A DNA stretch of 45,477 nt from IMG/VR virus record IMGVR_UViG_3300045988_117871; one strand, given 5' to 3'. This DNA comes from a virus. Shown here one piece after another: positions 34,350 through 42,079 of the stretch (positions are counted from its first letter, which is position 1; every line of letters begins with the position of its first letter). The position numbers and the translations under genes were made by a program. The notes under the pieces were generated by a model. That model did not search any database. It was given only the letters and a program-made list of their open reading frames with translations, and was not told the origin of the DNA.

Positions 34350-34566
34350 TTATTACTACAGCCGATAACATAATTTCTAGAGCTTTCTTCTCTCTCCGAT
34401 ACCGAGCCACTTTCCCGCCGAGCTGACTGTTTTTTCGGCGCAGTTGTTTGAGTTCCGTTAAAGCCTGCATAAGTACTGGCTTTAATACCGGTATATATTT
34501 ATCCTCTGGCTCATCCTCAATCATTGCTAACATAGCTTTTATATTTATTGGTTTCATAGTTTCCAA
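34333..34566 (-). CDS. Hypothetical protein
   Basis: 77-aa ORF with SD AAGGAG. Confidence 0.65.
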   Translation of the reverse strand: METMKPINIKAMLAMIEDEPEDKYIPVLKPVLMQALTELKQLRRKNSQLGGKVARYRREKKALEIMLSAVVINDDVE

Positions 34567-34666
34567 CTCCTTATATTTAAAAGGCCGCCCCCTACGGGCT
34601 AATCACCTCCGCAGGGGTATACTTCCCTTTATGCTTGTATATAGTTAGTATGCGCGGCCGTTTTAA

Positions 34667-36565
34667 CTAAAATAAATTTATCGGTATCTCGGCTTCTGCT
34701 GCTATACCTTGCATAACATATAGTGCATTAGGTAGAGCTATTCCATTGCCCCACATTTTGTACTCTGCGCTATCAGAGTGCAGTTTGTTATACCAAGCTA
34801 ACATTTGCTCTCTTGTGTATTCTTTAGTGGCTTTGCCGTTGATTTCTGCGTAAGTGTTCCTCACGTCTAACCAAAAGGCATAATCTTCATCTGTCAGATT
34901 TTCTACCGGGTTTACTATTCCCCACCAAGACGGAAATCCTTGCAGTCTCGCACATTCTGTTGGTGTTAAACGGCGCACTATGTAATTTTTTACTACAATG
35001 TTTTCACTTCCACCGCCGTAGCTTCCGCCAGTAGCTTTTAGTGTCGACAGTGTACTTTCGTCCTTAAACTCTGTGTAAGACTTTTGCGCACACACAACAG
35101 CGGGCTTATCTATCGTATTAAGCGTGTAGCTTGTGTCCTCTTTCCACCCTTTGCCGTTGCAACCCGCTGTGTCTGCTCTGTCTATGCCGTTGCCTTGCAA
35201 GCAGTAGACAACTCCCGGAACATTATTACCACCCGTACCACATCTAGCCGTTATCGTAGGGCTTTTTTCAATATATTCGCTTGGCGTTCGCAATCTTGCT
35301 TCGCCTATATCGTAGCAACGTGTTATCGCCAAACAAGTGTAATCGGTAACCCTGTTATTGTGGTCACCTGTTATCGTTGGTACAGTTTCACCGGCGCCGT
35401 TGCCTCTTGTATCGTAAACAAGAGTTTTTTTATTAATAACGTAAGGCGCATTTCCGTGCGCTTCGGCCCTTAAAGTAGGGCTTTTACCATCAGTGCAGAC
35501 GCTGATTTGCTGACCGCCTTGGTCATCTAAAATAATTTTCTCTACGATAGCAATACCGCCTTGATTTTTCGACGGGTCAGGATACCCTGTATCTAAAGTT
35601 TTAGCGATTTCAACAGCACGGCAACCGCTATGCGGATTTTTGCTTTTCATACTATTCGAGGACAAGCTATCAAAACTATATGCAGTTAAACATTTTCCCG
35701 CTCTATCGATGCCGTTTCCTTGATGGCAATATACGGCTACTGGTGCTAACACTGTCGGTGTACAATCTCCGCCGCCAGGAGCCCGCAAAGTTTGTGCAAG
35801 TCCCGGCAAAAACGATTGATTATACCTATCTACTCCGCCGATTGCTGTTCCAACGCAGTTTTGAGCATCGGCGGCAATTCCTTGCCACGGCGTTCTGCCC
35901 GCCTCAAAATACCCTCGCAGGCTTTCGCGCTTAAATAGTATTTCTTGGGCACATTCGCCTCTAAAATCTGCGACAAGGTAGATTCTACGGCGGCGCTGGG
36001 GGACTCCCCAATATTGCGCGTCAAAAACTCGGTATGCAATGCTCCATCCGTCTCCACTGATACAATCTGCATATGCCCAGCCAGCTTGTGGAACCGCAGG
36101 CATAACGGCGTCCTTTTCTTTGACTCTAATAAATTCTTCAAGGACGGTTCTAAAATCTTCTCCTCGGTTACTGCTAAAGGCTCCGGGAACGTTTTCCCAA
36201 ATAGCGTATCTTGGATAAACTCCATTTGTTGCTTCCCTCATTTCTTTGATAATTCTGATTGCTTCTAAGAATAAACCGCTTCTTGTTGTTTCATCATCGC
36301 CCATATCAGCGTGTTTCAACCCTGCTCTTTTTCCCGCTATCGACATATCTTGGCAAGGACTGCCGAATGTGATTATATCTACAGGCTCTATTTCTCCGCC
36401 CTTAACTTTGCTAACATCTCCCAAATGTTTCATTTTTGGGAAACGATTTTTAGTAACAGCTATCGGGTATGGCTCAACCTCTGCCGCATAAACAGGCTCT
36501 ATCCCGCACAAGCTTGCTGCTAAAGGAAATCCTCCACTGCCATCAAATAAGCTCATTAGTTTCAT
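34667..36565 (-). CDS. dcm: DNA (cytosine-5) methyltransferase, orphan, with an extended variable region
   Basis: Motifs LFDGSGG (I), GSPCQD (IV), ENVPG (VI), QRRRRIYLV (VIII), RLTPTECARLQGFP (IX), GNGIALP (X). About 340 aa lie between VIII and IX. Confidence 0.9.
   Translation of the reverse strand: MKLMSLFDGSGGFPLAASLCGIEPVYAAEVEPYPIAVTKNRFPKMKHLGDVSKVKGGEIEPVDIITFGSPCQDMSIAGKRAGLKHADMGDDETTRSGLFLEAIRIIKEMREATNGVYPRYAIWENVPGAFSSNRGEDFRTVLEEFIRVKEKDAVMPAVPQAGWAYADCISGDGWSIAYRVFDAQYWGVPQRRRRIYLVADFRGECAQEILFKRESLRGYFEAGRTPWQGIAADAQNCVGTAIGGVDRYNQSFLPGLAQTLRAPGGGDCTPTVLAPVAVYCHQGNGIDRAGKCLTAYSFDSLSSNSMKSKNPHSGCRAVEIAKTLDTGYPDPSKNQGGIAIVEKIILDDQGGQQISVCTDGKSPTLRAEAHGNAPYVINKKTLVYDTRGNGAGETVPTITGDHNNRVTDYTCLAITRCYDIGEARLRTPSEYIEKSPTITARCGTGGNNVPGVVYCLQGNGIDRADTAGCNGKGWKEDTSYTLNTIDKPAVVCAQKSYTEFKDESTLSTLKATGGSYGGGSENIVVKNYIVRRLTPTECARLQGFPSWWGIVNPVENLTDEDYAFWLDVRNTYAEINGKATKEYTREQMLAWYNKLHSDSAEYKMWGNGIALPNALYVMQGIAAEAEIPINLF
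35830..36225 (-). CDS. Embedded alternative-frame ORF inside the methyltransferase gene (status uncertain)
   Basis: 131 codons. ATG at 36225 lies 8 nt after GAGGGAAG. It spans methyltransferase motifs VI-VIII in the +1 frame. Third positions are G/C-rich, which is off-frame-like. Confidence 0.3.
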   Translation of the reverse strand: MEFIQDTLFGKTFPEPLAVTEEKILEPSLKNLLESKKRTPLCLRFHKLAGHMQIVSVETDGALHTEFLTRNIGESPSAAVESTLSQILEANVPKKYYLSAKACEGILRRAERRGKELPPMLKTALEQQSAE

Positions 36566-36761
36566 GTTGATCCTCGCTACTTATGCTAACGCATTCCTTG
36601 TCCTGCAATCTTTTGAAGTTATTAAATATTTCCTGTGCTGTAACAGCCCGCGGATCATCTGACCACATCAAGCAGTTCGGGCAAATATGCACCTCAAAAT
36701 ATCGACCTCTGTTTACGTGACTACCCGCCGTTGTATCCTTATGGCATATATCGCAATTCAT
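36543..36761 (-). CDS. Small zinc-ribbon-like protein
   Basis: 72 aa, CDIC ... CPNC. Confidence 0.65.
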   Translation of the reverse strand: MNCDICHKDTTAGSHVNRGRYFEVHICPNCLMWSDDPRAVTAQEIFNNFKRLQDKECVSISSEDQHETNELI

Positions 36762-36770
36762 AATCTCACC

Positions 36771-37448
36771 TCAAAACGGTTCTGACTTATTAGTGTTCAG
36801 CTTGTCAAAATATTCTTCGCCTAAAATCTGTAGTTCTGCCATATCTGCAGCAAGGTTATACATTTTTGCGTGCTTATTATTTCCATGTGTATCGGTAACC
36901 TTAGCTCTAAATTCGGCAATAGTCCCTAAGAAACAACCACAAGACACTGTTATACCTTTGTCTTTATTTTTGAAAAATGTCGTAAAACTAAATCTACTAC
37001 CAATGCGACCGATCAATAAATAGTCAGCGTCGTCGCACACCCAAGCGTTGTCGCACACCCAAGCGTTGTCGCACACCATAACGTTGTCGCACACCCTAGC
37101 GTTGCCGTACACCCTAGCGTTGCCGTACACCCTAGCGTCGCCGTACACCCAAGCGTTGCCGTACACCCTAGCGTTGTCGCACACCCAAGCGTTGTCGCAC
37201 ACCCTAGCGTTGCCGTACACCCTAGCGTCGTCGCACACCCAAGCGTTGCCGTACACCCTAGCGTTGTCGCACACCCAAGCGTTGTCGCACACCCAAGCGT
37301 CGCCATCTTGCGCTAAGTTATCTTCTTTTTCCACATATCCACCAAGTTCACCAGCTTCAACACTTCCAAAGCTAATTAAAGCCTTAATCCTAAATAATTT
37401 CTTGCCCCATTGTTCTATAAACTCTGCTGTCAACTCATACTTTTTCAT
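36771..37448 (-). CDS. Hexapeptide-repeat (beta-helix-like) protein
   Basis: 225 aa with SD AAAGGAG. About 15 tandem NA(W/R)V(C/Y)(D/G) hexapeptides. Confidence 0.8.
   Translation of the reverse strand: MKKYELTAEFIEQWGKKLFRIKALISFGSVEAGELGGYVEKEDNLAQDGDAWVCDNAWVCDNARVYGNAWVCDDARVYGNARVCDNAWVCDNARVYGNAWVYGDARVYGNARVYGNARVCDNVMVCDNAWVCDNAWVCDDADYLLIGRIGSRFSFTTFFKNKDKGITVSCGCFLGTIAEFRAKVTDTHGNNKHAKMYNLAADMAELQILGEEYFDKLNTNKSEPF
37026..37310 (-). repeat. Tandem 18-bp repeat array (about 15 units) inside the CDS
   Basis: Units GTCGCACACCCAAGCGTT / GCCGTACACCCTAGCGTT occur every 18 bp from 37032 to 37301. All frames are open across it. Confidence 0.9.
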
Positions 37449-37461
37449 AGTTACCGCTCCT

Positions 37462-38112
37462 TTAAACTTTAGCTAAATCACCTTGACGACATGCTGACCG
37501 TTTTGGTACTACATCAGGCACTAACGGATGATATTTATAACACCGTTCACGATCAGCTACCACATAAGTAAATCCGCTTTCTTTATCTACCCTCAAAAAC
37601 GGTTGATGTCCGCTGTATGGACAATCAACAGTGTTAATACATTCAGCGCATTTTCGTTCAACGTCTGCGATAAAGCTGATATCGTTGTAATTACGCTTTA
37701 TAAAGCTATCATCGGCGTCAGGAAAAATCCTCTTTGCTGCAGCTCTGACTTTCTCACTCACTGGCTGCCGTAGTTCGCCAAATGTTTTACCGGCAGCAAG
37801 ATCAGCAAACAACTTTTTAACAAACTCATTTGCCGCTTTAGAATTACGCTCAATAGCCTTCTTCTCTGCACCGATTTTATTTTGTCGTAGGATTGATAAA
37901 GTATTATTAATATCTGCCCATGTTGGCCAATATTTATTATTATCAGCGATATAATCAACAGTATCGCCCCACATCTCAATGTCTGTGTATTTATAACGCT
38001 CCAGGGTTTGCCTTTCGATAGTTTTTTTTGCATCTTCGCTTCCCCAGTTTGGCTTTAATCCCGCCGCCTGCCACACTTCATAAGCTGCCGTTATCTCTCT
38101 AAGTTCCAACAT
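37462..38112 (-). CDS. Hypothetical protein of the replication module (C-terminal Cys cluster)
   Basis: 216-aa ORF overlapping the upstream gene by 14 nt. Confidence 0.75.
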   Translation of the reverse strand: MLELREITAAYEVWQAAGLKPNWGSEDAKKTIERQTLERYKYTDIEMWGDTVDYIADNNKYWPTWADINNTLSILRQNKIGAEKKAIERNSKAANEFVKKLFADLAAGKTFGELRQPVSEKVRAAAKRIFPDADDSFIKRNYNDISFIADVERKCAECINTVDCPYSGHQPFLRVDKESGFTYVVADRERCYKYHPLVPDVVPKRSACRQGDLAKV

Positions 38113-39022
38113 ATGGCATGTCCCTCACTTCTTCCCAGTCCAGCCCCATAAAACAAGCCAGTCTGTATTTTCTTTTCTCTGGAGGTATCGCTGCCCAGCG
38201 CTCCTTATTTTTTGCAATCCATTCGTCTTTCTCCTGTGCTTCCCTGTCAGCAGCTCGCACTGCTTCAGACAATTTGATTTCATCCGTCCAGCGTTCATCC
38301 TGCAAAAAAGTATCAGGATCAGGTATGTACCTTCCGTTCTCCTCCTGCCACTGATTAGTTTTTTTGTATCGCTCAACAGCAGCATTAATCAATGCATACT
38401 GTTCTTCAGAGTGTACACGCATATTCATCCATGCTATTCTTGCAACAGGCTTTTTCCTTTTCGACGGATATAATTCCCAAAATAATTCAAAACCTTTTTC
38501 TTTTTCGTTAACCTCTAATCTATTTTTGGTTTGCTCGCGTGCGCGCGCGTTATTATTATTATCATTGTTTATCATTGTTATATTATTATCATTATTGTTA
38601 GATGTTAGCTGTCTGTTAGGTTGTCTGTTAGGTGTCTGTTGGCCGTCTGTTAGCTGACTGTTAGGTCGTCTGTTATCGACTTCCCTTTTTCCTTGATAAA
38701 CCTGCCAGTTTACTATAGTTATCAGCCTTCCAGTCTTTGTTGATTGGTCTGTTAAAAAATTCATATTTTCAAACTTTTTTAACGCAGTCCTTACATTTTG
38801 GACTGTTAGTCCATTTCCGCAAGCTTTTACGATATTAGGCAAGCTGGTTATAAATTGTCCCGGTTGGCAAATAAATTCTTCTCCCTGCCAATACCACTTT
38901 TTTTCACTGTGATTTGCCATTAAAAGCAGAGCGATTAAAATTACCTTTTGCTCAACTGTCGTAACCTGCCAAATCGGACTATCTAACAATTTTCGATGTA
39001 AAGCAATAAACCCAGTATTCAT
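38099..39022 (-). CDS. Replisome organiser / replication initiator (N-terminal winged-helix type)
   Basis: 307 aa with SD AGGAG. Asn/Gln-rich linker encoded by the iteron region. Confidence 0.75.
   Translation of the reverse strand: MNTGFIALHRKLLDSPIWQVTTVEQKVILIALLLMANHSEKKWYWQGEEFICQPGQFITSLPNIVKACGNGLTVQNVRTALKKFENMNFLTDQSTKTGRLITIVNWQVYQGKREVDNRRPNSQLTDGQQTPNRQPNRQLTSNNNDNNITMINNDNNNNARAREQTKNRLEVNEKEKGFELFWELYPSKRKKPVARIAWMNMRVHSEEQYALINAAVERYKKTNQWQEENGRYIPDPDTFLQDERWTDEIKLSEAVRAADREAQEKDEWIAKNKERWAAIPPEKRKYRLACFMGLDWEEVRDMPYVGT
38596..38676. repeat. Iteron array (candidate replication origin) inside the initiator gene
   Basis: GTCTGTTAG-like units at 38611, 38623, 38634, 38645, 38656 and 38668 (11-12 bp period), plus two degenerate copies. 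An AT-rich tract at 38541-38600 is adjacent. Confidence 0.65.
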
Positions 39023-39028
39023 AGCACT

Positions 39029-39319
39029 TTACTCCTGATGGTCATATTTTGTAGATAAATACGCTTTTACCTTTTGCCCAATTACAACGCCCTCGGCGGC
39101 ATTGTGGCGCAGGTAATGGCATTTATTACAAAGCATTGCCATATCTTCCAATCTATCCTGTCCGCCTTGTGACTTTAGCGGCTCATGGTGTGGCTTAACT
39201 CCAGGCTCAACAAAGCTATTGCAGTTTACACACAAACAATCATCACGCCGATATACTTCCTCGCAGAGTTTTTTAAGCGCTTTACCCTTAAGTCTTATCC
39301 TCTTTATTTTTGGAATCAT
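39029..39319 (-). CDS. HNH endonuclease
   Basis: CxxC ... HH ... GG ... N ... CxxCH pattern (CVNCNS, KPHHEPLKSQGGQD, LCNKCHYLRH). Confidence 0.8.
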   Translation of the reverse strand: MIPKIKRIRLKGKALKKLCEEVYRRDDCLCVNCNSFVEPGVKPHHEPLKSQGGQDRLEDMAMLCNKCHYLRHNAAEGVVIGQKVKAYLSTKYDHQE

Positions 39320-39863
39320 CTTTAACGCCCCACTCCTTGATCAGCTCATCTAATTCTTCCTGCGGCCTTGTTTCTACACCAATCTCTTTTGCCGTCGATA
39401 CCAAACAATCTATAAAACGGCTCATCTCTTTCGTGTCATAAGCACTGCTACCGTAATATACCCTTACATTGCTATAGCCTTTAATGTTCTGACATTCACT
39501 AACTAATTCAGCTATCCAGCCAACACCATTACTTTGCCAAATTTCAATAGTTCTGTTTACAGCGTCAGTTGGCACTGGCCATATTCTGCCGTAACCACAT
39601 TCCCTGATTGCCTTCCTGTAAACATCTTCCTTGCTGTGAAAGCTCTCTTCTGACAGCTTTTCTGCTATCTTTTGACATAATACCCAAGCGTATTTATTAG
39701 CGTCGTTAGAACGCCCTTTGCGCCATTGCTTAACCTCTACAACATACTGCTTTTCAGGATCGATTTTATTGATTTCTTCTTCCTCTGATAAAGGGACAGG
39801 TACTACTAAATTTATGTACCCCATCCCTTTTAATGTCTGTAACCCTTTAACTGTTAGCTTCAT
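39288..39863 (-). CDS. NinB/Orf-like recombination-associated protein
   Basis: RSNDANKYAWVLCQKIAE motif. The ATG at 39863 forms an ATGA overlap with the erf stop; the track start at 39893 lacks an SD. Confidence 0.65.
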   Translation of the reverse strand: MKLTVKGLQTLKGMGYINLVVPVPLSEEEEINKIDPEKQYVVEVKQWRKGRSNDANKYAWVLCQKIAEKLSEESFHSKEDVYRKAIRECGYGRIWPVPTDAVNRTIEIWQSNGVGWIAELVSECQNIKGYSNVRVYYGSSAYDTKEMSRFIDCLVSTAKEIGVETRPQEELDELIKEWGVKDDSKNKEDKT

Positions 39864-40453
39864 TTTGCTACTGCCTTTTGACAGTTCATACAAAGAGGCC
39901 TGCCAAATTTCTGCACGCTGTAATCGTGAACTCTTTGGCTGATTTCATCTGTACATTCTTGACACATCAAAAACTGCGGCCCAGTGTTTTCATCAGGAAA
40001 CGCAGGCTTAGTTTGATTTATAGGTGTAGGCGGTTCTGCTTTTCTTTCTGTTGTCGAAACAATAGCATGGCTAGCAGCTTGCCCATCGTCATCCGTATCC
40101 CACGCGACACCAAGGATTGCAGACAGGCTATATCTACGACCATATGTCACCGCAGACCCTGCGCCCTGCGGATCAACTTTTTGCGACTTTAATGTAAATG
40201 GTTCGCTTTCAATCCACTCGCCACTAGAATGCAGTAACACAGTGGTTATTGTAATCAATTGACCGTCACCGCCCGGAAATTGTAAAAATGATAACCCGTT
40301 TTGGGATAACACTGGTCGAATACTTTCGAGCAATTCATCTAATGTAACATACTTCCCATAATTAGCCTTCCCGCTTTTTGACGGGTCTTTTATTTCGCTT
40401 TGAAATTTAGCTAAAGCCTTCGCTAATTCAATAGTACTTTCTGATTTTTTCAT
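39860..40453 (-). CDS. erf: ERF-family single-strand annealing protein with a C-terminal zinc ribbon
   Basis: YVTLDELL...GLSFLQ...VLLHSSGEWIE...GSAVTYGRRYSLSAILGV pattern. C-terminal CQEC...CMNC. Confidence 0.8.
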   Translation of the reverse strand: MKKSESTIELAKALAKFQSEIKDPSKSGKANYGKYVTLDELLESIRPVLSQNGLSFLQFPGGDGQLITITTVLLHSSGEWIESEPFTLKSQKVDPQGAGSAVTYGRRYSLSAILGVAWDTDDDGQAASHAIVSTTERKAEPPTPINQTKPAFPDENTGPQFLMCQECTDEISQRVHDYSVQKFGRPLCMNCQKAVAK

Positions 40454-40587
40454 TATTTACACCTCACTATGCCTTTACACCGTTCTGCACGTCTAAGAAG
40501 TTTAACAGCCTGCTTTGCGGGGACTTTAGGCTCACCGTATGCTTGCTGAAGCGCACGAAAGGCCGCTAACTTTTCTTTCTCATTCAT
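40453..40587 (-). CDS. 44-aa hypothetical protein
   Basis: Below the ORF-track cutoff. SD TAGGAGG at 8 nt. Its stop shares a base with the erf ATG. Confidence 0.4.
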   Translation of the reverse strand: MNEKEKLAAFRALQQAYGEPKVPAKQAVKLLRRAERCKGIVRCK

Positions 40588-40599
40588 TTCTACGTCCTC

Positions 40600-40788
40600 C
40601 TAAAACTCTCTAAAAGTTTGACCGCCGCATCTACAGCGTGTATCCTCTATTGGCACTCTACATCCACAATGTACACATACAACGACTGGTACTGGCGATA
40701 GTCTCACCGGCACCTTTAATTTCATCTTGTCAACGATTGCTACTGCCCTGTTTAGGCGTTCAATCTTTTCCTGCAATAAATTATCCAT
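40600..40788 (-). CDS. Small zinc-ribbon-like protein
   Basis: 62 aa with SD GAAGGTGA. CVHCGC ... CRCGG. Confidence 0.65.
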   Translation of the reverse strand: MDNLLQEKIERLNRAVAIVDKMKLKVPVRLSPVPVVVCVHCGCRVPIEDTRCRCGGQTFREF

Positions 40789-40960
40789 TTACAAGTCACC
40801 TTCGCTATGCTAAAATGAAGGTGGACGCTAAACTTCGTAAAATTTACAGTCCACCTGAGCTATCGAAGCTGTAACTTCGGTAGCTCTTTTTCTTTTGCTT
40901 TGTCATAATCACTCCTCCTAAACTAAATCAGATACTTCACAGTTCATTTTCTGCCATCCT

Positions 40961-41215
40961 TTACGGACAATTAATACTGGGCTCATTACTCATCCGGTTT
41001 GCTAAATCGGCAAGCCAGTTTTTATTGTCAGTCTCTCCGCAGCACCCTTCTGACAAACCATATTTCCCGCTACAAACCTGATTTTGTAAATCCTCTGCCA
41101 GTCTTTCTAAAACATCACCAGCTTCATTTATCGTTAATTCATTCGCAGAAGCAAAGTTAAAAAAACATTCTCTCAAGCTTTGATAATCATCCGGTGCTAC
41201 TTTGTTATTAAACAT
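40961..41215 (-). CDS. Hypothetical protein
   Basis: 84 aa with SD GGAGG at 8 nt. Confidence 0.65.
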   Translation of the reverse strand: MFNNKVAPDDYQSLRECFFNFASANELTINEAGDVLERLAEDLQNQVCSGKYGLSEGCCGETDNKNWLADLANRMSNEPSINCP

Positions 41216-41233
41216 AAACTATTCCTCCTTCGT

Positions 41234-41329
41234 TCATCTCAACACCCCTACTGTCACTACAGCAGCCATAATAGCAATGTATGTTCCGACAAATATTGCA
41301 GTAGTTGCTACGGTAAAATCTCTAATCAT
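41234..41329 (-). CDS. 31-aa single-TM peptide
   Basis: Below the ORF-track cutoff. ATGA overlap with the upstream stop. MIRDFTVATTAIFVGTYIAIMAAVVTVGVLR. Confidence 0.35.
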   Translation of the reverse strand: MIRDFTVATTAIFVGTYIAIMAAVVTVGVLR

Positions 41330-41508
41330 AAGCCTGCCACCTGCCCCATAGCGTAACCAATATTGTAGATCATTCGTGCTGCTACCAGAGTTGCTACTAC
41401 AGTCAGCAACCACATAGCCGGATACCTTGCAATACTATCAAGTAAGTCTGCTGTTAAATTAACCGCTGCTAAGTATGCTAAATAAATATCTTCATAAATG
41501 TTCTTCAT
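41326..41508 (-). CDS. Small membrane protein
   Basis: 60 aa with SD TAGGAG at 8 nt and one clear TM helix. Confidence 0.6.
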   Translation of the reverse strand: MKNIYEDIYLAYLAAVNLTADLLDSIARYPAMWLLTVVATLVAARMIYNIGYAMGQVAGL

Positions 41509-41519
41509 TTTCTCATCTC

Positions 41520-41771
41520 CTATAAAGCCTTTAGAGCTGCTTCAAAATCAAATTTTTTCCTTCGCTTACGACTTCGCTTTATCCCATTAGAGCGATATTC
41601 CATATTCTCACGCATAACTTGTGTCAAAGCTTCGTCAACTAACGGAGGATCTAACCTATATACCTTACCAATCCGAAGGTATGGGATAATCCCTTCACGA
41701 CAATACCTTCTAATGGTATCCAGCGCTAATCCTCTGCTTTTCGCATATTCGTCACACGTCACAAGCTCCAT
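41520..41771 (-). CDS. Excisionase/MerR-like HTH DNA-binding protein
   Basis: ATG at 41771 with SD GGAGG. LVTCDEYAKSRGLALDTIRRYCREGIIPYLRIGKVYRL, then a basic tail. Confidence 0.65.
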   Translation of the reverse strand: MELVTCDEYAKSRGLALDTIRRYCREGIIPYLRIGKVYRLDPPLVDEALTQVMRENMEYRSNGIKRSRKRRKKFDFEAALKAL

Positions 41772-41904
41772 CTTTCTGATCCTCCTTTCTTTCAATTTCA
41801 TCAAGCCCTTTACTATCCTTAACATACTTTTCTTCAAACTCTTTAGAACTTAAATTCTTTACCACTTCGACAAACTTTGCCAAAGCTTCATCTTTCTTGT
41901 TCAT
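41752..41904 (-). CDS. 50-aa acidic hypothetical protein
   Basis: Below the ORF-track cutoff. ATG at 41904 after AGAGGGA. Overlaps the next start by 20 nt. Confidence 0.4.
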   Translation of the reverse strand: MNKKDEALAKFVEVVKNLSSKEFEEKYVKDSKGLDEIERKEDQKDGACDV

Positions 41905-41924
41905 GGTATATCCCTCTTTCAAAG

Positions 41925-41953
41925 TTGATATACCAGTCGAAGCGTGTTATAAT
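41925..41953 (+). promoter_or_regulatory. Strong sigma-70-type promoter (TTGATA-17-TGtTATAAT)
   Basis: TTGATA at 41925-41930, TATAAT at 41948-41953, with an extended -10 TG. Confidence 0.6.
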
Positions 41954-41959
41954 GTTCTC

Positions 41960-42028
41960 GTCAGCTTCGGCTGGTGCAAGAAACACTCGCTAACTTTTCC
42001 ACGAGCAGGCGGGTGTTTCTTTTTGTGT
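41960..42028 (+). ncRNA. Candidate ~70-nt small RNA or terminated leader, antisense to the early minus-strand transcript
   Basis: CAGC-UUCG-GCUG hairpin (41962-41973). Terminator stem AAGAAACAC (41978-41986) / GTGTTTCTT (42013-42021) plus a T-run. Confidence 0.45.
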
Positions 42029-42056
42029 TGTAAAAGAACCTGCTCCTTCTTATAAT
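42028..42056 (+). promoter_or_regulatory. Promoter of the 42080 gene (TTGTAA-17-TATAAT)
   Basis: TTGTAA at 42028-42033, TATAAT at 42051-42056, then SD GGAAGGAGGTGA and GTG at 42080. Confidence 0.55.
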
Positions 42057-42079
42057 GATTGTAGGAAGGAGGTGATTTT

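Noticed and set aside
37026-37310. The regular 18-bp repeats as a possible CRISPR array.
   Set aside because: The units are directly tandem with no spacers, lie inside an intact ORF with an SD, and encode a hexapeptide repeat.
37758-38385. Same-strand alternative-frame ORFs 37758-38033 and 38125-38385. Also 7338-7556, 13342-13524, 13936-14166, 17789-18019 and 24538-24747.
   Set aside because: They are short (60-91 aa), with no convincing start context and low-complexity or implausible translations. I treat them as off-frame noise, unlike the two overlaps reported as findings.
41772-41837. Longer 105-aa version of the Xis-like ORF (track start 41837).
   Set aside because: That start is a TTG without an SD. 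The ATG at 41771 follows GGAGG, and the upstream interval is better explained by the separate 50-aa ORF at 41752..41904.
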